This document shows, one piece after another, positions 1 to 11,222 of a stretch of 64,000 nt of DNA. The stretch's first letter is position 1. The number at the start of each line of letters is the position of its first letter. The position numbers and the translations under genes are program-made. Origin of the DNA: an uncultured Gemmataceae bacterium (lineage in GTDB: Bacteria > Planctomycetota > Planctomycetia > Gemmatales > Gemmataceae); assembly GCA_963750165.1 (NCBI GenBank), contig CAVVPN010000011.1, forward strand, positions 1,056,001-1,120,000, read 5' to 3'. The notes under the pieces are model-generated. The model was given only the letters and a program-made list of their open reading frames with translations, made no database searches and had not been told where the DNA came from.

Positions 1-164
1 CAGTCGGTTCCGGGCCTGGCAATCTGAGGCACCTCCCGTCGAGAGGTGCCTCAGATCTTGAGCGTGCCATCGACATCCAGGGCAGCGCGGACCACATCGG
101 TCTGGCCACCGGAGATCAACTTGGCGAGCAAAGCGTCACCCCCTGCCTGTCGTTCTTTCCCGCC

Positions 165-330
165 CGCGGTGTGTCGGACCTCTGCGCGCTGGCGAACTCG
201 GCTTCGCAGCACAGGTCGATCAGCCCGAAGCGCGCAACGCCAAGAGCCAAATTGCAGTCGGTGTGTCGGACCGCCGCGCGCTGGGCACTTCGGCTTGCGC
301 GGATGTGGATGTGACCGGAGCGGGTAACCT
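165..330. repeat. IS-free cluster of a dispersed repeat family (GTGTGTCGGACC..GCGCGC and GATGTGACCG..GCGCAAC units)
   Basis: gtgtgtcggacc occurs at ~169 and 261. Bases 261-300 match the reverse complement of ~26605-26648 (21-nt exact core gtgtgtcggaccgccgcgcgc, then acttcggc). Bases ~236-275 resemble 12781-12822. Confidence 0.7.
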
Positions 331-466
331 GGACTACTGGAATTGTTGGGCACGCCAGACCAATAACGATACCACGCGCGGCACGGCACATCGTAGTCGC
401 TGACCCCGGCATTGTCGCCCAGCCGGTGCTTCGCCTTTGCCTGGGTGGGTGGGCCATTATGCCGCG

Positions 467-571
467 TCACTTCCCCAGGTCGAGCACGACGCGGCCAGCG
501 CCGGTGATGAAGGTCGCGTCCGGGCCGAGCAGGAAGGCGACAACGGCGGCGATATCCTCGGGTGTGCCCAA
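467..571 (-). pseudogene. C-terminal relic of an SDR oxidoreductase
   Basis: Translates LGTPEDIAAVVAFLLGPDATFITGAGRVVLDLGK*, the typical SDR C-terminal GxPEDIAxxVxFL...FITG motif. No upstream body is present. Confidence 0.6.
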
Positions 572-602
572 CCACGAGGCGACGACCCCCATCACCCTGA
601 CG

Positions 603-938
603 ATGCTGAGCAAGACCGACCAGGAGGGCACCCCGCCGAGCTACGTCTTGACGCCAGCGTCCGCGCACGGCACGCCGACCGGCAGCAACGACGGCGTCGT
701 GCCGATCACCGTTCTGTTCCCGCCGGAGCTGGCGACGGATGCCGGTCTACTGCCCGTCCGCGGCCAACCGCTCCGAGCCGGCGGCACGCTCACGCAGGAG
801 CTGATCGATAGCAATGAAGTTGTCTACCTCCACGACGGCAGCGACCGGCTCAGCGATCTGCCAGCGCCGCAACCGCCGCAGGAATCGGGCGACGTACTTC
901 ACCCTCTTGTCGAAACGTGGCGCTGTCGGACCGCGTAG
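603..938 (+). pseudogene. Probable fragment of a cadherin-like (CSPG-type) repeat protein
   Basis: GGTLTQELIDSNEVVYLHDGSDRLSD resembles the TFTQxDIDxxxVxYxHDGSE motif of cadherin-like repeats. The ORF is short and isolated. Confidence 0.35.
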
Positions 939-1097
939 TCCCGGGGTTTGGCCAGGGGCCAACGGCTGAAAGGGAGGCCGACCACGGCGGGCGCTTGATC
1001 GGCGGACGGAAACCCCTCGTTGCCGCATCGCTCTGGGAGCACGGCGGCGCCAGCGCGAAACGATGCGGCAACGAGGGACCCTCGTCCTCACCCCCGC

Positions 1098-4000
1098 TCA
1101 GGGTGTGGTGGGGTGGCTGAAAAACTCACTGCCGCTCTCGAACAGGTCTTCCACCCGAGCCAGGTCGAACGGCGAGGTCACCCACGTGGACACCTCGACG
1201 GTGCTCCCCTGCCGGTCGAGGTAGCGGAAGTAATCCGTTTGCACTTGCTGGGTACGGTACTCATCGCTGCCCAGGAACAGTTGAGCCGCCTGGGTCCGCG
1301 TCATCCCCGGCAGCGCCAGCAGCCACGCCTGCTCCTCCACCGTGGATGCCGTGCGGTCCAGCAGGTCGTGGTACAACAAGTCGATGTAGGCCTGGTCAGA
1401 GGCGCCGCTGCCCTGGCTGGCAAACTCCGGCGTGGCCAGGAACTGGGCCAGCACCTCCTCGCGCGCCTGGCCGTCCTGGAGCATCTTCACCCAGCCGAGC
1501 TCTTCCCCTCCGACGGCCTGCCGGTTCAGGTACTGGCGGTACCACTGGGCGACTTGGCGGTCCAGGGCTTCCGGCGAGTGGTTGATGGCGACCGCCACCG
1601 CCTCCCGGCCCTGCTGCTGGAGCGGGCCGGTCCACAGGGCCACTTCCGTCGCCGACGGATTGCGATTCAGGGCCTGGTCGTACAGGGCGCTGATGAACAC
1701 CGCGGCCGGCGTGGGAGCGGACTGCTGGGCGGACGTCGGGGCGAGCGTGGCACTCGTCCCCGTCCCGCCGGCGCCTGCCCCCGTGTCATCGGTTCCGGTT
1801 CCGGACACCGTGGACGTGGCCGCCGTCGCGGTGGTGGCGAGGGAAGCAGTGGCCAGCGCCACCGGGCTGGCGGTCGCACTTCCGGAGCCGCCGCCCGACC
1901 CGGTGGACGTGGCTCCCCCCCCGGAGGTCTCGCTCGGATCGGTGGATGGGTCCCCTCCCCCGGAGCCGCCGCCCGAATCGGGCGGGTCATCCCCGTTGTC
2001 GGTGGGAGCGTCCTTCCCGCCCGAATCGGGCGGGCTACCCCCGTTGTCGGACGGCTTGTCCGAACCGGGCGGGCTACCCCCGTTGTCGGTCGGCTTGTCC
2101 GAACCGGGCGGACTTGCCGGCGCGGAGACACCGCTGTCGGACGGGGAGGCCGTGGCGGTGGGGTCGTTGCCCGAGTCCGACGAGGCCGGGGTGGCGGGCG
2201 CCGCCGCCTGGGCCGGGGTGGTGGGGGTGGTGGTGTAATAGTACGTCTTGATCGGGGGAGCGTACGAGCTGACGAGCTGGAAGGTGGCGGTGAGGCCGGC
2301 GGCCGTCGCCGTCACCGTGATCGATCCCTGGTTGCCGGTGCTCGTGAGGGTCGAGGCGGTGGCCAGGCCGGTGGCGTCCGTGGTGACCGGCTGGACGGCG
2401 GCGAAGGTGGCACTGACCGAGCCTGCCGTGACGGCGAACTGGACCGCCACCCCGGGGACGCCGTTCCCATGGGCATCCACCACGCGCACCGACAGGGGGG
2501 CGAACGAGGCGTAGGCGGGGATGGTCTGCCCGGTGCCGCTGACCACCTTCATGCCCGCCGGGCTGCCGGGCAGGGTGGTCTCCTGGAAGTTGACCACGTC
2601 GGTCCCGGCCGCGGTGGCGCTGACGGTGAAGGTGCCGGCGGCCGGACCGGCCAGGACGGGCGGCGCGGTGGCCACGCCGAACTGGTCCGTGGCCACCTCT
2701 GGGAAGGCGGAGAGCGTGCCGGCCGAGTTGCTCACCTGGAAGGTGACGTCTACCCCGGAGACGGGGTTGCCGTACTGGTCGATGACCTGCACTTGCAACG
2801 GCAGGCCGAGGTCGGAACCGGCCGTGGCCGACTGGCCGTTGCCCTCCGCGAAGCGCTTCAGGGCGACCGTAGACCCCGGCACAATCGTCAAGGGGAACGC
2901 TGTCGAGCCGGTCTGACCGGCGGTAGCGGTGAGCGTGTAACTGCCCGCCGCGGTGCCGGCCGTGAAGGTCGGCGCGGTGGCCACGCCCAGGCCGTTGGTC
3001 TGCACGTCCACGCTGCCGTCGGCGTTGGGGGTCGCGAAGGCCCCGCCGGGCGACTGGGCGAAGTGAACGGTGGCCCCGGGGATGGGGTTGCCGTAGACGT
3101 CGGTGACGCGGACCTGCAACGGGCTGCCGAGGGCGGCACCCACGGCCACGCTCTGGGGCGCGCCGGGGACCGCCTCGACCAGGGCCGCGGCCGCGGGAGC
3201 GACCTGGATGGGCACCGACAACACCTGCGGCGTCCCGCTGGCGGGGTAATCGGTGACGGTGAGGACCTGGGTGCCGGCGGTGAACAGCGTCACCGAGAAC
3301 TTGTTCTGCTGGGTCGTCAGCGCGGTCACCGCCGGCAGGGTGGCCTGCCCGTTGACGGTGAAGGCCAACCGATCCGGGTTGCTGGGGTTCAGCGAACTGG
3401 AGTTCGCGAAGTTGACGGTCACGGTCCCCACGGCTCCGGCGGTCAGGGTCGCGGGCGCCGTGACGAGCCACTGAGGATTGGAGGTCGTCGCGGGCGCGGG
3501 GGCGGTGCTGATCGGGGCATCCACGGGGGTGTCGACGCCGCTCGCACCCGGGGAAGGTGCGGAGGTGGGTGTCTCCCCCTGGACCGGGGTGGAGGCGGTG
3601 GGGTCAGCCACGGCGATCGGCCCGCCGGCGGTGGCTGCCCCGGTGTCCGTCGAGGAGGTAGCGGTGAGGCTCGTACTTGCCGGGGTGTAGCCGGTGAGCG
3701 GATTCCCGAGAGCAATGCTCGTCAAGGAAAAGGAAGTGGTGAAGCCGGCGCCTGTCGCCGTCACCGCGAACGAACCCGGGGTGCCCTGGGCCGTCAGCGG
3801 CGGGGCGACGGCCAGGCCGTTGGCGTCGGTGATGACTGGCTGGGTGCTGGCGAAGGTGCTGCCGGTCTGGCTCCCGTTGACCGTGAACTGCACAGCGACG
3901 CCGGGGACGCCATTCCCGTAAGCGTCCACCACCTGGGCCACCAGCGGCGCGGCGAACTTGGAGCCGACCGCGGCGGACTGCCCCAAGCCCTGAACCGCGG

Positions 4001-6215
4001 TCAGGCCGGCGGGGCTGCCGGGCCGGATGGTTTCCTGGAACGTGGCCGAGGTGGCGCCGGTCATGAGGGCGTTGATGGTGAACGAACCGGCGATGTGGTC
4101 GGTGGTGAAGGCCGGCGCCGTGGCCACGCCGAGCTGGTCGGTGAGGACCTGGGGGAAGCTGACGAAGTTGCCGCCCGGGCCGGTGCCCGCCGCGCCGAAG
4201 GTGACGACCTGGCCGGCGACCGGGTTGCCGTACTGGTCCGTGGCCTTGGCCTGGACGGCGGTGCCCAGGGGGGCGCCGTTGTCCACCACCTGGTTGTTGC
4301 CCCCGAGGACCGTCAGGCGGGAGGCGGCCAGCGGTAGGTTCGTCATCGGGAACGTGGCATAACCCGTCTGGGCGACGGTGGCGGCGATGGTGTAACTGCC
4401 CGCGGTCTGGTCGGCGGTGAACGCCGGCGAGACCGCCACGCCCAGGGCGTTGGTCACCTCGTCAACGCTGCCGTCCGCGCCGGCGTGGACGAAGGTGCCG
4501 CTGGCGCCGGAGGCCGGGACGGTGAAGTGGACGGTGGCCCCGGAGATGGCGTTGCCGTACACGTCCGTGACCTGGACTTCCAGTGGCGCCCCGAGACTGC
4601 CGGCCACGGCCACGTTCTGGGGCGCGCCGGGGACCGCTTTGACCAGGTCGGGAAGCCCGGGGTTGACCTGGACCGGCACCGTCAGCGCGCGGCTCGTACC
4701 GTTGGTGGCGTAAACAGTGAAGGTGATGACCTGGGCGCCGGCGCTGTACAGCGTCACCCCCACCGAGGTCGTCTGGCTCGTCAACGAGGTCATCGGCGGC
4801 AGGACGGCCTGCCCGGTGGCCGTGACGACCAACCGATCCGCCTGGCCGCTGGTCGAGGCGCTGTCGTGGACGGTGAAGCTCGCCTGCGTCCCGGCGGTCA
4901 GGACCGAAGGCCCCAGGACATCCTGGAAGCCCGGGGTGGGAGTGGTGTTCGTCGTGGTGGCAGGCGGCGTGATAAACGCCCAATCGACCAGGGTGCTGCC
5001 GGGGGAGCTGGCCGAGGCCGGAGTGTCGGGGGCGGAGTCACTGGGCGTGGGCGTGGAGTCACTGTCCGAAGGGGCCGGCGTGGCCGACGGGTCGCTGACG
5101 CCGGAGGCTGTGTCCGACGTGACCGGGGTTTGCACGGTTACCGGGGTGGCGCTGCCATCCGAGGTCGCCGGGAGGCTGGGTCCTGACAGGTTCGTCAACT
5201 GGAACTGGGCGGCGTCGCTCCCGTTGACACTGGCGAGCACCGTGTAACTGCCCGCGAGGGAATCCGCCGAGAACGGTGGCGTGGTCGCCAGACCCAGGCC
5301 GTCGGTCACGACGTCAATACCGCCGTCCAAACCGGCGTTGCTGAAGGTCACGCCGGGGTAGTATCTGGCCTGCAGGGCGGGAATGGGGAACTGGTCGGGC
5401 ATCAAACCGGCGAAATGGACCGTGGCGCCGGGGACCGCGTTCCCGTAGGCGTCGCTGACGCGCACCTGTAACCGCGAATGGAAGACGTTGTTCACCTCCG
5501 CGCTCTGCCCGTTCCCGGCCAGGGCGGTGACGAACTCCGCGGCGCCGGGTTGGACCGCGACCGGCACCGTGATCGTGGTCGGGGGGAGGGTGGTGAAGCG
5601 GCCCTCGACCTGGGGGTACTCGGTGATCGTGAGCGTCTGGAGGCCGGCGGTGTACAGCGTCACCGGCACGTCCGTTTCCACGCTCGTCATCGAGACCACG
5701 GCGGGCAGGGAAGCCTGACCGGAGGAGGAGAGGGTGAGGATTCCCCAGTTGCCCAGGGGGTTGCTGTTCGCGTCGTGGGCAATGATGTCGAGTGTGGCCG
5801 GCACCCCGGCGGTCACCGGCGAGACCAGCTGGACCGACAGGAAGGGGTTCACAACCGGCGCACTGGGTTGCGAGGAGGTGACCGCGGTGGACGGTTGCGG
5901 GCCGTTGGTCGAAGGCGTCGGCGATTGCGGGTTGGTGACGACGTCGCTCGTGGTGCCGGCGGTGCCGGAGACGCCGAGCGCCCCGGTGGCGCCGGCGCTG
6001 GTGTCCGTGGTCGCGGGGGTGGGGCTTACGAACCCCTGGTCCGGCGGGGGCACGGTGACCACCGGGGGGAGCGTACTACCGCTGCCGTCGGGCACCAGGC
6101 GGGTTTCCAGGAACTCGATTTCCAGGCGGGAACGGGGGCGGCGCGGACTCACCTTCCGGGCGGTGACCTGTCGGGAAACGGGTGCAGCTGCGCGGCGCAG
6201 CCAGGACTCGAACAT
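1098..6215 (-). CDS. Large surface protein: planctomycete export motif, invasin/intimin-like Ig repeats, Ser/Thr/Pro linkers, C-terminal DUF4214-like repeats
   Basis: N-terminal RPRSRLEIEFLETRLVP; repeated V.D.YGNPV.G..V.F...TD..G.AT...F.A...AG.Y units; C-terminal LY...L.R......E...W repeats. Confidence 0.85.
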   Translation of the reverse strand: MFESWLRRAAAPVSRQVTARKVSPRRPRSRLEIEFLETRLVPDGSGSTLPPVVTVPPPDQGFVSPTPATTDTSAGATGALGVSGTAGTTSDVVTNPQSPTPSTNGPQPSTAVTSSQPSAPVVNPFLSVQLVSPVTAGVPATLDIIAHDANSNPLGNWGILTLSSSGQASLPAVVSMTSVETDVPVTLYTAGLQTLTITEYPQVEGRFTTLPPTTITVPVAVQPGAAEFVTALAGNGQSAEVNNVFHSRLQVRVSDAYGNAVPGATVHFAGLMPDQFPIPALQARYYPGVTFSNAGLDGGIDVVTDGLGLATTPPFSADSLAGSYTVLASVNGSDAAQFQLTNLSGPSLPATSDGSATPVTVQTPVTSDTASGVSDPSATPAPSDSDSTPTPSDSAPDTPASASSPGSTLVDWAFITPPATTTNTTPTPGFQDVLGPSVLTAGTQASFTVHDSASTSGQADRLVVTATGQAVLPPMTSLTSQTTSVGVTLYSAGAQVITFTVYATNGTSRALTVPVQVNPGLPDLVKAVPGAPQNVAVAGSLGAPLEVQVTDVYGNAISGATVHFTVPASGASGTFVHAGADGSVDEVTNALGVAVSPAFTADQTAGSYTIAATVAQTGYATFPMTNLPLAASRLTVLGGNNQVVDNGAPLGTAVQAKATDQYGNPVAGQVVTFGAAGTGPGGNFVSFPQVLTDQLGVATAPAFTTDHIAGSFTINALMTGATSATFQETIRPGSPAGLTAVQGLGQSAAVGSKFAAPLVAQVVDAYGNGVPGVAVQFTVNGSQTGSTFASTQPVITDANGLAVAPPLTAQGTPGSFAVTATGAGFTTSFSLTSIALGNPLTGYTPASTSLTATSSTDTGAATAGGPIAVADPTASTPVQGETPTSAPSPGASGVDTPVDAPISTAPAPATTSNPQWLVTAPATLTAGAVGTVTVNFANSSSLNPSNPDRLAFTVNGQATLPAVTALTTQQNKFSVTLFTAGTQVLTVTDYPASGTPQVLSVPIQVAPAAAALVEAVPGAPQSVAVGAALGSPLQVRVTDVYGNPIPGATVHFAQSPGGAFATPNADGSVDVQTNGLGVATAPTFTAGTAAGSYTLTATAGQTGSTAFPLTIVPGSTVALKRFAEGNGQSATAGSDLGLPLQVQVIDQYGNPVSGVDVTFQVSNSAGTLSAFPEVATDQFGVATAPPVLAGPAAGTFTVSATAAGTDVVNFQETTLPGSPAGMKVVSGTGQTIPAYASFAPLSVRVVDAHGNGVPGVAVQFAVTAGSVSATFAAVQPVTTDATGLATASTLTSTGNQGSITVTATAAGLTATFQLVSSYAPPIKTYYYTTTPTTPAQAAAPATPASSDSGNDPTATASPSDSGVSAPASPPGSDKPTDNGGSPPGSDKPSDNGGSPPDSGGKDAPTDNGDDPPDSGGGSGGGDPSTDPSETSGGGATSTGSGGGSGSATASPVALATASLATTATAATSTVSGTGTDDTGAGAGGTGTSATLAPTSAQQSAPTPAAVFISALYDQALNRNPSATEVALWTGPLQQQGREAVAVAINHSPEALDRQVAQWYRQYLNRQAVGGEELGWVKMLQDGQAREEVLAQFLATPEFASQGSGASDQAYIDLLYHDLLDRTASTVEEQAWLLALPGMTRTQAAQLFLGSDEYRTQQVQTDYFRYLDRQGSTVEVSTWVTSPFDLARVEDLFESGSEFFSHPTTP
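1965..2112 (-). repeat. Intragenic ~39-bp tandem repeat (PPGSDKPTDNGGS-like)
   Basis: The protein reads PPGSDKPTDNGGS PPGSDKPSDNGGS PPDSGGKDAPTDNGDD PPDSGG, and near-identical DNA units are visible. Confidence 0.8.
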
Positions 6216-6470
6216 GGTGGACTCCTTGGAACAAGGTGGTGGAGGTCTGCGGCTCCCGATTGGTTTTGCCGAGCCGCGTTAATTCTGGTACTGGAGCTGA
6301 TCGAGAAACATACCGGCGCGCGCCGAATTTTTTCTGGCCGGCCGGAAGGGAGTGGGTCGGTTGGGGGGAGGGGCGCGGGGCCCACGGCGCCGGCTGCCGT
6401 AACGAGTTCTTGCACCGGCGCCCGCCGTTGCTCAGAATGGGGTAGGTTTTGAGGCCGCCGGGGGTATCCC

Positions 6471-7088
6471 ATGGTAGAGAAGTCTGCGCCATCCTGGACC
6501 AACGTGAGCCTGCTGGGCAAGCTGCGCCGCGACCCAGACGACCAGCAAGCCTGGCGCGAATTCGTCGAGCGCTACGGGCCGAAGATTTTTCAGTGGTGCC
6601 GCCAGTGGCACCTGCAGGAGGCGGACGCTCACGACGTCACGCAGACGGTGCTGGTCAAGCTGACGCGGACGCTGGGGACGTTCGAGTACGACCCGAAGCA
6701 GCGGTTCCGGGCGTGGCTGAAGACGCTCACGAACCACGCCCTGAGCGACTTTTTGGCGTCGCGGCGCCGCCCCGGCCTGGGCAGCGGCGACAGCCAGATC
6801 TTGCAGGTGCTCGACGGCCTGGAGGCGCGCGACGACCTGGTGCGCCACCTGGCCGAGGAGTTCGACCGGGAGTTGCTGGAGGAGGCGCTGCGGCGCGTGC
6901 GGGCGAAGGTGGCGCCGCACCACTGGGAGGCGTTTCGGCTGACCGCCCTGGAGGGGTTGGCGGGCGCCGAGGCGGCGGAGCGGTTGGGCATGAAGGTCGC
7001 CACCCTGTTCACCACCAAGAGCAAGGTGCAGAAGCTCGTGCAGGAAGAGGTCCGCGCCCTGGAGGGGGAGGCGGCGGAAAGCAGTTAG
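6471..7088 (+). CDS. ECF sigma-70 factor, planctomycete kinase-associated type
   Basis: T..SLL.KL..D..AW.EFVERY.P.I..W; DAHDVTQ; F.YDP...FRAWL; sigma4 HTH (AEAAERLGM). A kinase gene follows immediately. Confidence 0.92.
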   Translation: MVEKSAPSWTNVSLLGKLRRDPDDQQAWREFVERYGPKIFQWCRQWHLQEADAHDVTQTVLVKLTRTLGTFEYDPKQRFRAWLKTLTNHALSDFLASRRRPGLGSGDSQILQVLDGLEARDDLVRHLAEEFDRELLEEALRRVRAKVAPHHWEAFRLTALEGLAGAEAAERLGMKVATLFTTKSKVQKLVQEEVRALEGEAAESS

Positions 7089-7130
7089 ACACCGGCCCGG
7101 TGGCGCCGCCGGGCCGTCGAGGACCAAGCC

Positions 7131-10100
7131 ATGAACCGTTGCCCGTCGCGGGAACAACTAATGCACCTGCTGGAAGACCGCCTGGACGCCGGCGCCCGGC
7201 GCTGGGTCGAGGAACACGTGGAGCGGTGCGCCCCCTGCCAGCAAGCTTTGGAACGTCTGACCGAGGCGGGTAACCCGGCATCCGGTCTGGCCCTGACGCC
7301 GGACCCGGGCCGCCCGTCGGATTCGACCGACCCGACGTTGAATCATTTCCTGGCCAAATTGCTCGACCAGCCGGTCACCCCGGAGCCCGGGACCGGACGG
7401 CAGCCGGGCCGCGACCGTGCGGCGGCGCAGGCCTTGCCCGTGGTGCCGGGGTATGAGGTGCTGGGGCTGTTGGGGCGCGGCGGCATGGGGGTGGTGTACA
7501 ACGCCCGGCACCAGCGGTTGCGGCGGCGCGTGGCGCTGAAGATGATCGCGGGCCACACCAACGACGCGCAATACCTGGCCCGCTTCCGCGCCGAGGCGGA
7601 GGCGGTCGCGCGGCTGCAACACCCCAACATCATCCAGATCTTCGACGTCGGCGAAGCCGAGGGGCAGCCGTACCTGGCGCTGGAACTGGCCGAGGGCGGC
7701 AGCCTGGAGGAGGCGGCGGACGCCGGCCGCTGGCCGGTGGCGCGGGCCGAAGGGCAGCGCGCGGTGGCGCAGCTGGTGGCCCAGGTGGCGCGGGCGGTTC
7801 ACCACGCCCACGAGCGGGGCATCGTCCACCGCGACCTCAAGCCCGCCAACGTCCTGCTGGCCAACGACGGCACGCCCAAGGTCACCGACTTCGGCCTCGC
7901 CAAACACCTCGACGCCGCCCCGGGCACGTCGCCGGCGGCCCACCTGACCGAGGTGGGCGTCATCGTCGGCAGCCCCGGCTACCTGGCGCCCGAACAGGTC
8001 GAGGCCCACGGCGCCGAGGTCGGTCCCGCCGCGGACACGTACGCCCTGGGCGCCATCCTCTTCGACCTGTTGACCGGGCGGCCGCCGTTCCTGGGGGGCA
8101 CGCCGGTGGAGACCGTCCTGCAAACGCTGTCGCGCGAGCCGGTGTCGCCGGCGCGGCTGCAGCCGGGCCTGGCGCGCGACCTGGAAACCATCTGCCTGCA
8201 GTGCCTGCGCAAGGAGCCGGCCCGGCGCTACGCCAGTGCCGCCGCGCTCGCCGACGACCTGGACCGCTTCCGGGCCGGCGAGCCGGTGCGGGCGCGGCCG
8301 ACGCCGCTGGCCGTGCGCGCCTGGAAGTGGGCGCGGCGGCGGCCGGCCGTGGCCGCGCTGGCGGCGCTGAGCGCGTTCCTGTTCGTGGCCGGCCTGGCGC
8401 TGGGGACGTGGCAGTGGGCGCGGGCCGAGGCGCGGGCCGTGGACGAGGCCGTGGCCCGCGGCAACGCCGAGCAGGCGCAACGGGACGCGCTGGCGGCGCA
8501 ACAGGAGGCCGAGGACGGCAAGCGCCGCGCCCAGGAGGAGAAGCGCAAGGCGGAGGCCGCCCTGGTGCGCATGACCCTGGACCAGGGCGTGGCGCTGTGC
8601 GAGCGCGGCGAGGTGGGGCCGGGCCTGCTGTGGCTGGCGAAGGCCCTGCGCCTGGCCGAGGCGGGGGTCGGCGGCGACGACCTCGCCGCGCTGGCGTCGG
8701 TCCTGCGCACGAATCTGGCCGCCTGGCGGCCGCGGTTGCTCCACTCCCGCACCGCCCACCACCACCTCACTTCGGTCAACGCCGTGGCCTTCCACCCCGA
8801 CGGCCGCACCCTGCTGGTCGGGACGTGGGGCAACACCAACAACAAGCGCGGGCCGGGCCGGGCATTTTTGTGGGACCCGGACCAACGCCGGCTGACCGGC
8901 CCCACCCTGGACCACGAGGGGGCGGCGGTGCTGTGCGCCGCCCTCAGTCCCGACGGCAAGTACGCCCTCACGGGCAGCGCGTCGAACCTGGCGTTGCCGG
9001 GCGGCCTGGACCGGCGCGAGTCCGTTGACGGTGGCCAGGCTGTGGGACGTGACGACGGGGGCGCTGGTGGGCGAGGCGCTGCCGCACGGCGGCCCGGTCA
9101 TGGCGGTGGCGTACAGTCCCAACGGCAACACCTTCGCCACGGCCTGCCTGGACGGCACCGCCCGCCTGTGGGACGCGGCCACGCGGCAGCCGCTCGGGCA
9201 GCCGATGGTTCACAAGGGAGGGGCGCTCGCGCTGGCCTTCAGCCCGGACGGCAAGGCGCTGGTGACCGGCGGCAGCGACCGCACGGCCCGGCGCTGGGAG
9301 GTGCCGACCGGCCAGCCGGCGGGGAGGGCGTTGCACCACGGCGGGGCGGTCACGGCCGTCGCGTTCAGCCCGGACGGCAGCCAGTTGTTGACCGGCAGCA
9401 GCGACCTGACGGCCCAGCTGTGGGACGCCGCCACGGGCCGGCGGCTGGGCCTGCCGCTGGCGCACCCCGCGCCGCTGCGGGCCGTGGCGTTCGCCCCCGA
9501 CGGGCAGTTCGTCGCCACCGCCGACGCGCGCGACAAGGTGTGGCTCTGGGAGGCCGCGTCGGGCCGGCTGGTCGCCGCGCCGCTGGCCCACGAAGGCCCG
9601 GTGCCGGCGGTGGCGTTCAGCCGCGACGGCACGGTGCTGGCGACCGCCAGCTTCGACGGCCAGACGCGCACCTGGGACGCCCCCCGCAGCCCGGGCCTGG
9701 GCGTCCTGCTCCGGGACGCCCCCGCCCCCCCGCCGGCCGGCCGGGTGGCGCCCGAACACCAGAACTGCCTCTTCCTGATGAGCCGCGACGGCAAAATCCT
9801 CTTCACCCGGGGACAGAACACGGTGCGCCGCTGGGACACGATCACGGGCGCCCTGCTGGGGGAGTTGCCGCAACACGCCGGGCCGCTCCGGGTGGCGATC
9901 AGCCCGGACGGCGCCACGATTGCGACCGGCGGCGCGGACGGCACCACCCGGTTGTGGGACGCGGCGACCGGCGCGTTGCGGCACGAGTTGCCGAAGGAGC
10001 CTTACGGGATCTTGAGCTTAGCGTTCAGCCCGAACGGCGACCGGCTGGCGGTGACCTCCGCGGACACGGCCCCCGACGACAACACGTTCCTGTGGGAGGT

Positions 10101-10764
10101 GGCTCCGCCGCGGCGCCTGGGGGACAAGCTGGAGCGGAGTCGCGGCGTCTTCACCCTGGCCTTCAGTCCCGCCGGCCGGCTGTTGACGGGCGAAAGTAAG
10201 GGCAAGGTGTATTTCTGGGACGCGGGCACCGGCAAGCGTGTGGGGCCGGGGCTGCACCACCAGGGGGGCGTGTGGGCGGCGGCGTTCAACACGGCCGGCG
10301 ACCGGGTCGTGACGGGCAGCGAGGACCGGACGGCGCTGGTGTGGGACACGGCCACGGGCAAGGCGCTGACGCACCCATTGCGGCACCAGGGGGCGGTGCG
10401 GGCGGTGGCGTTCAGCCCGGACGGCAAGACCGTGTTGACGGGCGGGCGGGACCGGGTGGCGCGGCTGTGGGACGCGGCGACGGGGGTGCCGCTCGGCCCG
10501 GCCTGGCAGCACCTGGACGACGTGCTGGGGGTGTTTTATGAGCCGGCCGGCAAGACCGCCTTGACGGGCTGCGGCGACGGCGCTGTCCGCCGCTGGCAGT
10601 TGCCGGCCCCGTTGACCGGCTCGCCGGAGCGGGTGGCGACGTGGGTGGAGTTGTTGACCGGGCATGAGCTGGACGCCAATGGGACCGTCCGCGACCTGGA
10701 CGAGGAGCAACGCCAGACGCGCCGCGAACGGTTGGCGGCCCTGGGTGGTCCACCGGGCCTGTAA
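7131..10764 (+). CDS. Ser/Thr kinase with N-terminal Zn-finger (anti-sigma-like), TM segment and WD40 repeats; frameshift near 8990-9025
   Basis: [29 protein letters not shown] and APE motifs. WD40 repeats (AVAFSPDG...ARLWD) continue in ORF 9025-10764. Confidence 0.9.
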
Positions 10765-11222
10765 CAGCAACCAGACCAACCGCTGTTGAGAGCAGGCGAT
10801 CGGCGGCTCCGTGCGGGGCGAACGGGTGGCCGGCCAGGCCGAGCGCCAACCGCCCTCGGCGCGGCCGCAGCGTGGCGACAGTAGGCACCAATCCAATGCT
10901 ATCAGGCGCCGAAGGGGGCACCGAACAGTGTACCGCCAGCCGGTCAAGGAACCATTGCGATTCGCCAACGGTCGGTCGCGATCGAGGCCGCTCGGAGCGC
11001 ACCGACGTCGTCGGACTGCCGCCCGGTTCCGTCTCACCGGGCGTAAGACTGCTGCTGTATCGCCGCCAGGACGCGCTGCCTCCCGCAGACCCGATGAGAA
11101 TGCCAGGCTTCGGACGTACACTTGGCCGGACAAACCATTCGTATTCAGTACGGCTAACCTGCTCCGGTCCGCCCCACCGAATGCAATCTGGCTCGCGATG
11201 GTGCGCTCTCCGGTCACATCGG

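Noticed and set aside
1020..4337. 1105-aa plus-strand ORF
   Set aside because: Antisense shadow of the surface-protein gene; Arg/Gly-rich with no motifs.
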